64,000 nucleotides of DNA, taken from positions 1 to 64,000 of the IMG/VR virus record IMGVR_UViG_3300022839_000006, one strand, 5' to 3'. This document shows positions 36,856-46,451 of this stretch, piece after piece (position 1 is the first letter of the stretch; every line of letters begins with the position of its first letter). A program made the translations under genes and the position numbers. The notes beneath the pieces are model-generated. The model worked only from the letters and a program-made list of their open reading frames with translations. It had not been told where the DNA came from and ran no database searches.

Positions 36856-37755
36856 TTACCAAAACTTTAGTTTCTTGGCTGCTTTTTTAGCTGCATTTGC
36901 CGTGGCTTTGGCTGCATCTTCTGCTGCTCTACCTGCCTCTGCCGCTGCTTTATCAGCTGCACGTTTTGCACCTGCGGCAGCTTTAGCGGCTGCATCTGCT
37001 CGTCGCTGTGCTTCTTCAGCGGCTGCGTGTTCTGCGTCTGCCGCGGCTTTAGCAGCCCGCGAGGCTTCAGCAGCCCGCGAGGCTGCCGCCACTGCTGGCT
37101 TTGTATCTACGCTGACACTTAGGTCAACATCAACACCTGCTAGCACAGCAACTTCGCCACTTACTCCTATAGTAGCAACACCGTCGTCCATAGTTGCTCC
37201 GCCGCCAACTTCAGCACCTGCTTGAACACCGATACTTGTACCACCAGTTGCAGCACCACCATTGCCAGAGCTGTCATAAGCACTAGAAGTATTGTCAACA
37301 CCTACACTTGCTCCAGCAGTTGCACCTGCATGGCCTTCTGCACCGTCTTTGCCGATTTGTGCAGATGCACCGGCACTTGCTCCTGCTTCTGCATGTACTG
37401 AGGTTTCATTCTTAACTTGAACACCCCCAACTTGTTGGCTTACACCAGCAGTTGCTTCTGCACTTGCACCAACTTCTGCACCAACTTCTGCATAAGCATT
37501 ACCACCACTCACGCCTGCACTTGCACCAGCCTCAGCATGGGCCTCTGCACTAGCACCTGCTTCTACTGTTGTGTCCCCATATGATGTACTAGCACCCGCC
37601 TCTACACTGACTCCAGCTCCTGCTGTCGCGGATGCTGTAGTGTCAGTTACTTCAGTGCTAGTTCCAGCATGTGCTTCTGTGCCGGCATGTGCTTCTAAGT
37701 TAACACCGCCTACATTTGTTTCTGCGCTTGTACCTGCTTCTACTTCTTTATTCAT
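36856..37755 (-). CDS. Ala/Gly-rich repetitive protein with an Ala/Lys helical C-tail
   Basis: RBS gagga; GASAEA/GAEVG repeats; start ATG 37755 overlaps the holin stop. Confidence 0.7.
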   Translation of the reverse strand: MNKEVEAGTSAETNVGGVNLEAHAGTEAHAGTSTEVTDTTASATAGAGVSVEAGASTSYGDTTVEAGASAEAHAEAGASAGVSGGNAYAEVGAEVGASAEATAGVSQQVGGVQVKNETSVHAEAGASAGASAQIGKDGAEGHAGATAGASVGVDNTSSAYDSSGNGGAATGGTSIGVQAGAEVGGGATMDDGVATIGVSGEVAVLAGVDVDLSVSVDTKPAVAAASRAAEASRAAKAAADAEHAAAEEAQRRADAAAKAAAGAKRAADKAAAEAGRAAEDAAKATANAAKKAAKKLKFW

Positions 37756-38068
37756 TGTAATTGTCCTCTTCTTTTCTTTTTGCCAAAGCACTGCCTGTTA
37801 ACAACGCACCAAACGCCAGATGAAACATACCAGCGCCTTTAAGTGTAAGTGGTTCATAAGGCGCCCACACTAATTCTATTAATTGCATTTGGATGTCATG
37901 ATCTACTTCTGATTGTCCAAATACAGATGTATCTAATTGATCTCTGGTTGCTACAATCCAAGTAGGAATAATTACAAAATCAAATACACATATTAATGCA
38001 TATATGAGAGCAAGAAGAGGTTTCCAACCTTCATTTTTTTGTAGCCATACGAAAAATCTTTTCATCAC
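37748..38068 (-). CDS. Holin-like membrane protein (3TM GTA-holin family-like)
   Basis: WKPLLALIYALICVFDFVIIP...PLTLKGAGMFHLAFGALL. Confidence 0.65.
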   Translation of the reverse strand: MMKRFFVWLQKNEGWKPLLALIYALICVFDFVIIPTWIVATRDQLDTSVFGQSEVDHDIQMQLIELVWAPYEPLTLKGAGMFHLAFGALLTGSALAKRKEEDNYNE

Positions 38069-38178
38069 TATTCCTTATCATGTAATATTGATAGATTTTT
38101 TATAATGATGAATCATTATCATTCTATCTCTCTTTGTTTAATTCTAATATATTGATGATACGTTATATAAACTGAATG

Positions 38179-38904
38179 TTAGATTCTAAAATCTGTGTAC
38201 AAATCCGCAGTTGTTGTGCCAAAACTAGTAACGATCAATTGGCCTGTTGCATTGTTTTTTATGCTACCAGTCCCAAATCCACCTGTCGAATTAATGTCGC
38301 TCACACCACTGTCTACGTCTAGATCAGTACCACTAGCATTTTTAAACATCACCACTACCTTCTTACCAAGAACAATGTTTGTATATGCCACGGTAACAGT
38401 TTCTCCTGTTATTGTGGCCAATACGTAATTGTCAGTAGCGAAGTCAATTGTAAGTGTTGAATCAGCACCAAACGAACCTGCGTTGCGCGTCCCGCCTTTA
38501 TACGTTGTTGCTGCAATCATTGCATTTGCGTCACGTGCAACAATTTTGTTAGCAGTTGGTGTAGCTGTCGCATCGACAGCTAGTGTCCCTGATGCAGTTA
38601 TGGTACCATCTGAACTAATGTTGACACCTGGGCCTACTTTGATCCCGCCAATTCTATTCTCTGTTCCAGGAAGCAAATTCATGATGCTGCCGTCCATGTT
38701 GAATTCAGGGCCTGGCTGGACAGAACCAAGCGTTGCTGCTGTTGCTGCTGCTATGGTCTGTGGTATGCCACCAACTGTTTCACCATCGGAAAGCCTTAAC
38801 AGCCCTACGTCTAAATCGAAGAACATTTCACCCTTCACACCAATATAACTTGCAGCATCAGTGCCACCCATATTATCAGTAAAAATCTTTGATGTTGTGG
38901 TCAT
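38179..38904 (-). CDS. Tail-fibre/structural accessory protein
   Basis: N-terminal YIGVKGEMFFD....LRLSDG.TVGG module; fibre repeats ATLGSVQPG and NRIGGIKVG. Confidence 0.6.
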   Translation of the reverse strand: MTTTSKIFTDNMGGTDAASYIGVKGEMFFDLDVGLLRLSDGETVGGIPQTIAAATAATLGSVQPGPEFNMDGSIMNLLPGTENRIGGIKVGPGVNISSDGTITASGTLAVDATATPTANKIVARDANAMIAATTYKGGTRNAGSFGADSTLTIDFATDNYVLATITGETVTVAYTNIVLGKKVVVMFKNASGTDLDVDSGVSDINSTGGFGTGSIKNNATGQLIVTSFGTTTADLYTDFRI

Positions 38905-39002
38905 CTTGGTTATCCTCTATGCATCTTATTAAGATACTTTTATACTATTTATGTGTTTTGTAAATTTGATCGAATTGACATTAAGCTAAGTAGCCATGTA
39001 TT

Positions 39003-39320
39003 GTGAATGACACAAACAGGAGAATTACAATGCCGTCTAATAAACATCTAAAGCATTCCTTAGATATAGCTTATGAAGATATCATGGCTTCTGAACAGCT
39101 TGTCAAAATGGTCAGACAAGGTGGAAAATCAGAGCAACTAGCTCAATACATCAACTTTATTTTGTCTGAAAATGTAGAACATGTCAGACCCTTTTACGAT
39201 AATGTAAACACCAAGGGCTGGGAGTCAGTTGTCCCAGATCCAGATCCTTTTGTGAGACCTGTATCGAACCCATCAAAGAAAAAACGCAATCAACTACGTG
39301 CAAAGCGAAAGAAAAAATAA
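39003..39320 (+). CDS. Hypothetical protein
   Basis: Basic C-tail; RBS aggag suggests a start near 39030. Confidence 0.5.
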   Translation: MNDTNRRITMPSNKHLKHSLDIAYEDIMASEQLVKMVRQGGKSEQLAQYINFILSENVEHVRPFYDNVNTKGWESVVPDPDPFVRPVSNPSKKKRNQLRAKRKKK

Positions 39321-39616
39321 AAATGTCTGTCACTGTCTTGTTTAAAAGGAATTTGAAAAATGTTCTACCGCTTTAATTCTGGAAATTTTGTAGAAGCTGA
39401 CAGCTTCCAAGAAGCTCAAGAGATTGCTATCCACTTGATACAGCAAGAAACAGAAGAGCCTAGAAAATGGCACAAATGCACGTGCTTAGGCTTTCAACAT
39501 CGAATTGGTTGTCCGGAACACAATTGGGTCGATTGAACAGCCAAAACCGCTGCACAAGAAATGATTGAGCATCTTGATGAAGTGTGGATTTGTTTGATGC
39601 TCTGCTAAATTGGTGG

Positions 39617-39645
39617 TTGACTTCGCCCTTTGCAAACGGTACAAC
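39617..39645 (+). promoter_or_regulatory. Sigma70-type early promoter
   Basis: TTGACT-17 nt-TACAAC. Confidence 0.55.
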
Positions 39646-39675
39646 TAAGGCATAGGCAAACAAGAGGACAATGAG

Positions 39676-39867
39676 ATGAACGGTTACAAAGCTTTCTGGA
39701 AAGACAAAGAATGTGAAGTTTATGCAGACACTTCATATGCTGCACAAACCCAGGCAGTGGTTCAATTCCAGAAAATGGCTGGGCGCAAGAAAGTCAAATC
39801 ATACGACGTCACAGTTGTGATCTGCGAGAAGAACGACTCACTAATCACGCATACTTTTTCGGAATGA
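39676..39867 (+). CDS. Small early hypothetical protein
   Basis: Promoter and RBS gagga; MNGYKAFWKDKECEVYADTSYAAQ. Confidence 0.6.
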   Translation: MNGYKAFWKDKECEVYADTSYAAQTQAVVQFQKMAGRKKVKSYDVTVVICEKNDSLITHTFSE

Positions 39868-39969
39868 TGGCTGACACTGAAGTGTCCAAGTTAATGTGCT
39901 GACAGATCAAGGAGAAATGAGATGATTATCTGGAAAGATGTTCCAATTGAAATTGTCGAAAAGGGCACG

Positions 39970-39998
39970 TTGACACCTGACCATCCATCTGCTATAAC
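39970..39998 (+). promoter_or_regulatory. Sigma70-type early promoter
   Basis: TTGACA-17 nt-TATAAC. Confidence 0.7.
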
Positions 39999-40031
39999 TG
40001 ATGTATAGAGCAAGTCAAAAAGGACAATGAC

Positions 40032-40319
40032 ATGGGTCGTGGAAAATATAGTGTTTCAGGTTACAAAAAATGGCCAGAAGGTTACGAGTTCAGTTACAAT
40101 CGTTACGGACAAGAATGTGCTCCTTGGACCGCTGAAATGATTAAGGACCCAGACCAAACCTATGACTCCAAGACAATGTTTGGCAATTATGATGAAGATG
40201 GATATGATAGCTATGGTTATTCATGTTTCGATGAAAATGGAACTGATGTTGGCTGTGGAAATGGGATCGACCGAGAAGGCTACACAGAACACGATTACCT
40301 GTCAGAACAAGACTGCTGA
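40032..40319 (+). CDS. Hypothetical protein with YDxxGY motifs
   Basis: YDEDGYDSYGY...GIDREGY. Confidence 0.6.
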   Translation: MGRGKYSVSGYKKWPEGYEFSYNRYGQECAPWTAEMIKDPDQTYDSKTMFGNYDEDGYDSYGYSCFDENGTDVGCGNGIDREGYTEHDYLSEQDC

Positions 40320-40390
40320 CACGGCCTAACGACTTCACTATAGTCTTCCTATATGTAATTCACTCCCTCTGCACGAAAGGCACCGTCCAC

Positions 40391-40738
40391 ATGAGTAATG
40401 ACACAACACGTGATAAGATTGCATTGATTCACGCACACGAGCGCCGCTCTGAATGGCCTGACGCACAAGACTTTTATGCAGCAGATGCTATCATCGCGGC
40501 TTTGTCAAGTGTGATTAAGCCACTGGCATGGGAGAAATCCGAATGTTATAAAGCCTTCGTTTCAGGTGATATGGTTGTACAGCATGAACACGACGAAAAA
40601 GGCAAAGGGACATGGACATTCGGACTCATGGACAATCAACTAATATCCGAGCACCCAACATCAGACGAAGCCAAAGCCGCAGCCAACAACCACTATTGCG
40701 CTGCATGTCTGTTGCCGTTTGGTATAGTGTTGTCATGA
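40391..40738 (+). CDS. Hypothetical protein
   Basis: ADAIIAAL...KPLAWE...SDEAKAAANNHY resembles alphaproteobacterial phage small proteins. Confidence 0.5.
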   Translation: MSNDTTRDKIALIHAHERRSEWPDAQDFYAADAIIAALSSVIKPLAWEKSECYKAFVSGDMVVQHEHDEKGKGTWTFGLMDNQLISEHPTSDEAKAAANNHYCAACLLPFGIVLS

Positions 40739-40848
40739 CCGAGTGCCGAGCGTGATGTGTTCTGCTATTACATTGTGACTCTATCAGTCAAAGACAGTAG
40801 AGGATCGTAATAATTATGCATGTCCATACAACTCAAAAGGATAATCTA

Positions 40849-41121
40849 ATGAACATTGATTACAGCAAACTTCCCTTTCACATGCAAGACGGAACAGGCG
40901 TTACATCGAGAATGGTATCCCACCAGGAGGATTCCTGTCAGCAGTAATTTGCAACGACTTGAGCGGGTGCATACGGTAAAGCAGACCACCACAATCGCAG
41001 TGTAATTGAAGACTGGATTAGGTTCTTCCACAATGATGCTCCAGCAGATTGTTCGGGAAGCGTAGTCGCATTTAACGATTGGTGCAGGTCAGGCGGAACG
41101 ATGAAAGGTGTTATGACATGA
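40849..41121 (+). pseudogene. Doubly frameshifted small phage gene (YIE.GIPPG.FL family)
   Basis: Joining three frames gives MNIDYSKLPFHMQDGT..YIENGIPPGGFLSAVICNDL.GAYGKAD..N...IEDWIRFFHNDAP..C.GS. Confidence 0.6.
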
Positions 41122-41690
41122 AAGTTTACATTTACTTAAATAACTGGCACATTGATTAGGAGACGTTTGGGACTGATATCGTCTGGGTGTCAGATCAACT
41201 ACATCCACCATATTCCAGATCTGAAATTAATGCATGACCAAGTGGAGTTTTGGGAAGATGGGACCAAACAATGGTCCAAGGAACATGACGGAAAAATGTC
41301 ACTAAATTGGATCTGATAAATAGAAGACAACCCAATGTCTAAACTTGCATTCATGGATGCAGAAACAAAAGAATACTTTGTCAACGAGAAATTTGACAAG
41401 TTTAATTTCTCGTTGGACATCAACAGGGCAAAACTTTACTTTAGAACTCCTGGGGTTTTGAGTGGGTCAAACTCAAAACAAAAAGACAGTTGACATTGGT
41501 TGAAGTTAAAATTGATAATAGAGGCACATCACTATTTCTCGATGAATTACATGATGGTCGACTCAAAGAGTTCCAGCGTCTAGATCTATTGGCAACAAAG
41601 AACTTGGAAGAAATGGAGACATCGTCATATTATCGGTGGCGAACACCAAGGAAAGAACTTACAACTTAATTAACCAAAGGAGTTTTGGTA

Positions 41691-42704
41691 ATGACTAAAG
41701 AATTTGATACACTTGTAACGGTAATGAGGATGCAACCATTCCACCTTGGTCACCAAGCAGTGATCGGCGCCGCATTGAAAAATGCACACGAAGTAATAGT
41801 GGTAATTGGATCTAGCTTCCAACCACGAACCACAAAAAACCCATTTACATTTGAAGAACGCAAAGCCATGGTGCTTGCATGTTATCCTGATCTACCAGTC
41901 CGAGTGGTTGGGGTTCGGGACTATCCTTATGACGACAATGCTTGGGTGTCTGCTGTTCAACATGTAGTGGATTCGGTTAAGACTGGTACTCGAACAGGGT
42001 TGATTGGGCACTCCAAAGATTCAAGTTCATACTACTTGAAAATCTTTCCGAATTGGCGGAAACATGTGGAAGTTGAGAATTATCAGGGCATTAACGCAAC
42101 TGATATCCGATCGGATTTATTCTCCAATGGAGTATATTTTACGAGTGGTGTTTTGATGCCGCGATCGGCGCTGGCCTCCATGTCGATGGCATTGTTGGAA
42201 GGAACGTGGTGGCCTGATCTCAAAGAAGAACATACGCAGATTAAAGCATACCACGAGAAATGGGAATCAGCACCATATGCACCAACCTTTGTGACAACGG
42301 ATGCAGTGATTGTGCAATCTGCTCATGTGTTGCTAATCAAACGTGGCAACTTCCCGTTCAAAGATTGTTGGGCATTGCCAGGTGGGTACCTCGAAAAAGA
42401 CAAGACAATTGAGGAAAACGTGATCAAAGAGCTCAGAGAAGAAACGTGCATCAAACTTCCTGCTAAGGTTCTTAAAGGTTCCATCAAGTCAACTCAAGTG
42501 TTTGATCACCCTGACCGTGATCCCAGAGGTCGTACCGTTACACACGCCTTTTATATTGATCTTGGATTTCCAGATGAGAAACTGCCCCGAGTAAAAGGTG
42601 CGGATGATGCAGTCCACGCAGAATGGGTTCCTCTCAGTCAAGTGTCAAGTGACATCATGGCGTTTGACCACTACTCTGTTATTTCACACTTTGTAAAAAT
42701 TTAA
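41691..42704 (+). CDS. nadM: Bifunctional NMN adenylyltransferase / ADP-ribose pyrophosphatase (NadM-Nudix, NatV-like)
   Basis: RMQPFHLGH, IGSS, KNPFTFEERKAM, NATDIR; Nudix box LPGGYLE..KTIEENVIKELREET; DPRGRTVTHA, GADDA. Confidence 0.95.
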   Translation: MTKEFDTLVTVMRMQPFHLGHQAVIGAALKNAHEVIVVIGSSFQPRTTKNPFTFEERKAMVLACYPDLPVRVVGVRDYPYDDNAWVSAVQHVVDSVKTGTRTGLIGHSKDSSSYYLKIFPNWRKHVEVENYQGINATDIRSDLFSNGVYFTSGVLMPRSALASMSMALLEGTWWPDLKEEHTQIKAYHEKWESAPYAPTFVTTDAVIVQSAHVLLIKRGNFPFKDCWALPGGYLEKDKTIEENVIKELREETCIKLPAKVLKGSIKSTQVFDHPDRDPRGRTVTHAFYIDLGFPDEKLPRVKGADDAVHAEWVPLSQVSSDIMAFDHYSVISHFVKI

Positions 42705-43068
42705 ACAAGTCACACAACGGAGAAAAATTATGGAAAATCTGATCGAGGCATATTGAGCGAGAAAACAAAAGGAAACAATAAATGACAGCTCAGCAGAAAT
42801 GAAATCAATTGACGACAATCTTTATTCTGGCCATGGAAGATACCGTGGTGTGTATATTGAATTATATGAGGGATAAAATGAAACGAACAGTTAGAATTGC
42901 ATTGAGAATTATTGGTTAACTATTACATGGAATGGGCATGTGACGCGGGACTGGCCGGTGGGGAACAATATACTCGATATTGCCAAGACATTACTGTTCT
43001 ATATTTCCAGAAGATGTACTTTATGAAGATGTAACAAAAGAATACAGTTGACAACCAACACACTATAA

Positions 43069-43076
43069 TATAAATA
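43069..43076 (+). promoter_or_regulatory. T4-type late promoter upstream of nadV
   Basis: TATAAATA about 30 nt before the start; a TTGACA hexamer lies upstream at non-canonical spacing. Confidence 0.5.
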
Positions 43077-43105
43077 ACAATATCATTAACTAGAGGAGTT
43101 CTATA

Positions 43106-44605
43106 ATGAAAAATATTCTAAGCCTGCTTACTTCCATCATGCGTACCGATGGATACAAGACTTCACAATTCTTACAATACCCAGCTGACACGCAATACAT
43201 CAGCTCATATATTGAATCGCGCGGCGGCGCTGACACCAGTGTATTCTTTGGTCTACAAGCATTCATCAAAGACTATATGCAAACCCCCATTACTCAATCC
43301 GATATCAACTTTGCAGAAGCAGTTTTTACAAAGTACGGTACTCCCTTCAACCGAGAAGGTTGGGAGATCATCGTCAACGAGTTTGATGGGTATCTGCCAC
43401 TGGAGATTGAAGCGGTTCCAGAAGGTACTGTTATGACAACCAGAAACATCCAAGTTCAAGTTGTAAACACTGATCCCAGAATGGGATGGTTGACATCATA
43501 CGTTGAAACTGCTCTGCTACGTGGGGTATGGTATCCTTCAACAGTGGCAACCAAATCTCGCGAGATGAAGGTGATGATTGCACAGGCACTGTTCAAAACC
43601 AGTGACATCCCACTTGATATTCTAATGGGGCCTGTGTTGAATTTCACTCTCAATGACTTTGGTGCTCGTGGTGCGTCATCCACAGAGACTGCCGTTCTTG
43701 GTGGGATGAGTCACCTTGTAAATTTCTGGGGCAGTGACACAATTGAGGGCATGATTGGCACACATGTTTACTATTCTGCTGATATTACAGACGTGTCTAC
43801 ACCTGTTGTTGCAGGGTCAATCGCGGCAAGTGAGCATAGTAGTATTACCAGCTGGGGCAAGGAAAACGAAGGTAAAGCATATGCCAATATGATTGACCAG
43901 TTCTCTGCGCCTGGTAAAATTTACGCCTGTGTCAGCGATTCATACGACATCTACAATGCAACCAAAAACATTTGGGGATATGAACTCAAGGTTCAAGTAA
44001 TTGAATCGGGAGGCACTCTGGTTGTACGTCCAGACTCAGGTGATCCCGTTACTGTGCCAATCGAAATCCTTGACATTCTGGCAGAGCAGTTTGGATACAC
44101 TGTAAACAGCAAGGGATTCAAGGTTCTTGCGCAGCGTGAAGATGGGTCCGCCATTGTGAAAGTCATCCAAGGTGATGGTCTTGATGTGGTCACCATGAAA
44201 CAATTACTGGACAATGTGATTGAGGCTGGATACAGTGTGGAAAACATTGCGCTGGGCATGGGCGGCGGACTCTTGCAAAAAGTAGACCGTGACACTCTGA
44301 AATATGCCATGAAGGCTTCTGCCAGATGCGATTCAGATGGAGTATGGCATGATGTGTTCAAAGATCCTATTGCAGATCCTGGCAAGACTTCCAAGAAAGG
44401 TCGGCTGGGACTGATCTACGAATGTGGAGTTGGTTCATGTGGTTACCGGACACTGCCCAAGGAATTTGCAGATGAAAAAGGCAATATCCTGCGTACAGTG
44501 TACCGGAATGGCGTGCAATTAATTGACGATGATTTTGAAACTGTTCGAACACGGGCAGGTCTGAAAGAATCAGAATACAATCCACAACCAATTGAACGAT
44601 TCTAA
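43106..44605 (+). CDS. nadV: Nicotinamide phosphoribosyltransferase
   Basis: TDGYKTSQ..QYP, FFGLQAFIK, LNDFGARG, AASEHS, VSDSYD, VRPDSGDP, IQGDG, GMGGGLLQKVDRDT.KYAMK, KTSKKGRL. Confidence 0.97.
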   Translation: MKNILSLLTSIMRTDGYKTSQFLQYPADTQYISSYIESRGGADTSVFFGLQAFIKDYMQTPITQSDINFAEAVFTKYGTPFNREGWEIIVNEFDGYLPLEIEAVPEGTVMTTRNIQVQVVNTDPRMGWLTSYVETALLRGVWYPSTVATKSREMKVMIAQALFKTSDIPLDILMGPVLNFTLNDFGARGASSTETAVLGGMSHLVNFWGSDTIEGMIGTHVYYSADITDVSTPVVAGSIAASEHSSITSWGKENEGKAYANMIDQFSAPGKIYACVSDSYDIYNATKNIWGYELKVQVIESGGTLVVRPDSGDPVTVPIEILDILAEQFGYTVNSKGFKVLAQREDGSAIVKVIQGDGLDVVTMKQLLDNVIEAGYSVENIALGMGGGLLQKVDRDTLKYAMKASARCDSDGVWHDVFKDPIADPGKTSKKGRLGLIYECGVGSCGYRTLPKEFADEKGNILRTVYRNGVQLIDDDFETVRTRAGLKESEYNPQPIERF

Positions 44606-44614
44606 ACAAAACCT

Positions 44615-44646
44615 AATAGTCCAAGTGGGTGTCTACTTGGACTATT
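44615..44646 (+). terminator. Terminator after nadV
   Basis: aatagtccaagtgg-gtgt-ctacttggactatt followed by tt. Confidence 0.7.
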
Positions 44647-44662
44647 TTCGTGACAATAACAG

Positions 44663-44691
44663 TTGACATCATGCTTTGTAGACTGTAAAAT
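44663..44691 (+). promoter_or_regulatory. Sigma70-type early promoter
   Basis: TTGACA-17 nt-TAAAAT. Confidence 0.65.
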
Positions 44692-45195
44692 TATATTAAC
44701 AGCAACAAAGGAATGTGTAACATGAAGATCTTAGCAACAAACAAAGATTTCAGAGTTGAGTTTAACCAGTCCTCAACATATTTCGTTATAGACAACAACG
44801 GAGATTGCTGGAAAACCTACAAGAGTGAAAAAGCCGCAATCAAATATATGGACAGCGTCGCATAACAGTTTTCATGTGGCACCAAAGGAAATTACACCAC
44901 GATCTATTATTTTCGTTGATAATGAAATGAATGAATATGATCAAGGTCGAAAAGACGTTCTTCTGGAACTGCTGACAAAGTTCAAGCCCTCACGAACTTT
45001 ACGGACATGCGTAATTACCCAGTGTGATTGTTGTGGGCGACAGCTTCACCCATTGAACACTTCAGGATATGGCACGTGTGATGCTTGTAAAATTTCACAC
45101 AACTATGGTCAGGATTCGTTTGACATTCGATTGGCATATATGCTAATAAAGCGCGCAAACAGTATAACCAATTTGGAAACTGATAATAGATAAAG

Positions 45196-45399
45196 GTGAC
45201 TGACATGACGAAAAAACTGCACCCACACTCGGAACTAGAATATGTCAAGTGGCAGGCTGAAGTATTCAAACAGAATGACCGAAATAACAAGGAGAAGATA
45301 AAGAATGAAATGGAAGACCAAATCCAAAATCAAAGCTGGCTCACGAGACAACATGCATCCCTGGTTCGTTCGTGTAAAAAGCTATACTATATCTTTTAA
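45196..45399 (+). CDS. Hypothetical protein
   Basis: Short ORF with RBS aaaggt. Confidence 0.4.
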   Translation: MTDMTKKLHPHSELEYVKWQAEVFKQNDRNNKEKIKNEMEDQIQNQSWLTRQHASLVRSCKKLYYIF

Positions 45400-45502
45400 G
45401 TAATTGCTTTGATGATGTACTGTGATAACTCGTTATGTCCACACTAAGCGCTTAGTGACGCTAAAGGACTGACTCAGTACATCTTCTAAGCATTGCCCAA
45501 GT

Positions 45503-45578
45503 ACTCAAGTAGCTGATGTGGTCTTAGCGCCGAGTTGAAGCCTCGGAGATGTCTGTTCGATTCGGACCTTGGGCCCCA
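45503..45578 (+). tRNA. tRNA-Phe(GAA) with an atypical acceptor stem
   Basis: D stem GCTG/TAGC, anticodon stem CCGAG/CTCGG with loop TTGAAGC, T arm GTCTG-TTCGATT-CGGAC, 3' CTTGGGC-C-CCA; 76 nt from 45503. Confidence 0.75.
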
Positions 45579-45621
45579 TATTACAACTGTCCTATAACTT
45601 ATGTACTAAAGGAGAAATAAG

Positions 45622-46068
45622 ATGATTGAGTATACAGTTAAAGTTAATGACACCGGAACTAAGTCTTGGTATCTCAACGGTAAGCTACACCGAGAAGACG
45701 GTCCTGCTGTTGAGTTGGTCAACGGTAATAAGTTCTGGTACCTTAACGATAAGCAACACCGAGAAGATGGTCCTGCTATTGAGTATGGCAATGGTGATAA
45801 GTGGTGGTACCTTAACGATGAGCAACACCGAGAAGATGGACCTGCTGTTGAGTACATCAATGGTTATAAGTCTTGGTACCTTAACGGTAGGCGACACCGA
45901 GAAGATGGTCCTGCTATTCAGTATAGCAATGGTAATAAGTCTTGGTACCTTAACGGTAGGGGCCTAACGGAGGCAGAACATAAAGCTGCTACTTCACCTA
46001 AGGATACTTGTAATGGTAAAGAAGTAGTAATTGATGGTATTACTTATGTATTAAAGGAGAGTAAATAA
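45622..46068 (+). CDS. HREDGPA beta-hairpin (MORN-related) repeat protein, paralog 1
   Basis: Four 22-aa units WYLN...HREDGPA.E..NG.K. Confidence 0.85.
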   Translation: MIEYTVKVNDTGTKSWYLNGKLHREDGPAVELVNGNKFWYLNDKQHREDGPAIEYGNGDKWWYLNDEQHREDGPAVEYINGYKSWYLNGRRHREDGPAIQYSNGNKSWYLNGRGLTEAEHKAATSPKDTCNGKEVVIDGITYVLKESK

Positions 46069-46069
46069 G

Positions 46070-46450
46070 ATGATTGAACATACAGTTAAAGTTTATGACA
46101 ATGGCACTAAGCAGTGTTACCTTAACGGTAAGCTACACCGAGAAGATGGCCCTGCTATTGAGTGGGCCAATGGTTCTAAGTGGTGGTACCTTAACGATGA
46201 GCAACACCGAGAAGATGGACCTGCTGTTGAGTACATCAATGGTTATAAGTCTTGGTATCTCAACGGTAAGCTACACCGAGAAGGGGGACCAGCTATTGAG
46301 CATAGCAATGGCGATAAGTATTGGTATCTTAACGGTAAGCTACTAACGGAGGCAGAACATAAAGCTGCTACTTCACCCAAGAAGAAGCCTAGTTGTAGTG
46401 GTAAAGAAGTAGTAATTGATGGTATTACTTACACCCTAAAGGAGAAGTAA
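46070..46450 (+). CDS. HREDGPA repeat protein, paralog 2
   Basis: Three units; same N- and C-termini as paralog 1. Confidence 0.85.
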   Translation: MIEHTVKVYDNGTKQCYLNGKLHREDGPAIEWANGSKWWYLNDEQHREDGPAVEYINGYKSWYLNGKLHREGGPAIEHSNGDKYWYLNGKLLTEAEHKAATSPKKKPSCSGKEVVIDGITYTLKEK

Positions 46451-46451
46451 G

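Noticed and set aside
36749-37801. Plus-strand Ala-rich ORFs
   Set aside because: Antisense of the Ala/Gly-rich minus-strand gene; low-complexity codons keep the frame open
41130-41680. tRNA or structured RNA upstream of nadM
   Set aside because: No cloverleaf or T-loop found by eye; it looks like decayed small ORFs
42705-43060. Third NAD-pathway gene between nadM and nadV
   Set aside because: Only short broken frames; nothing recognisable
45622-46450. CRISPR-like array
   Set aside because: The 66-nt periodicity is in-frame protein repeats with no unique spacers; no cas genes are present
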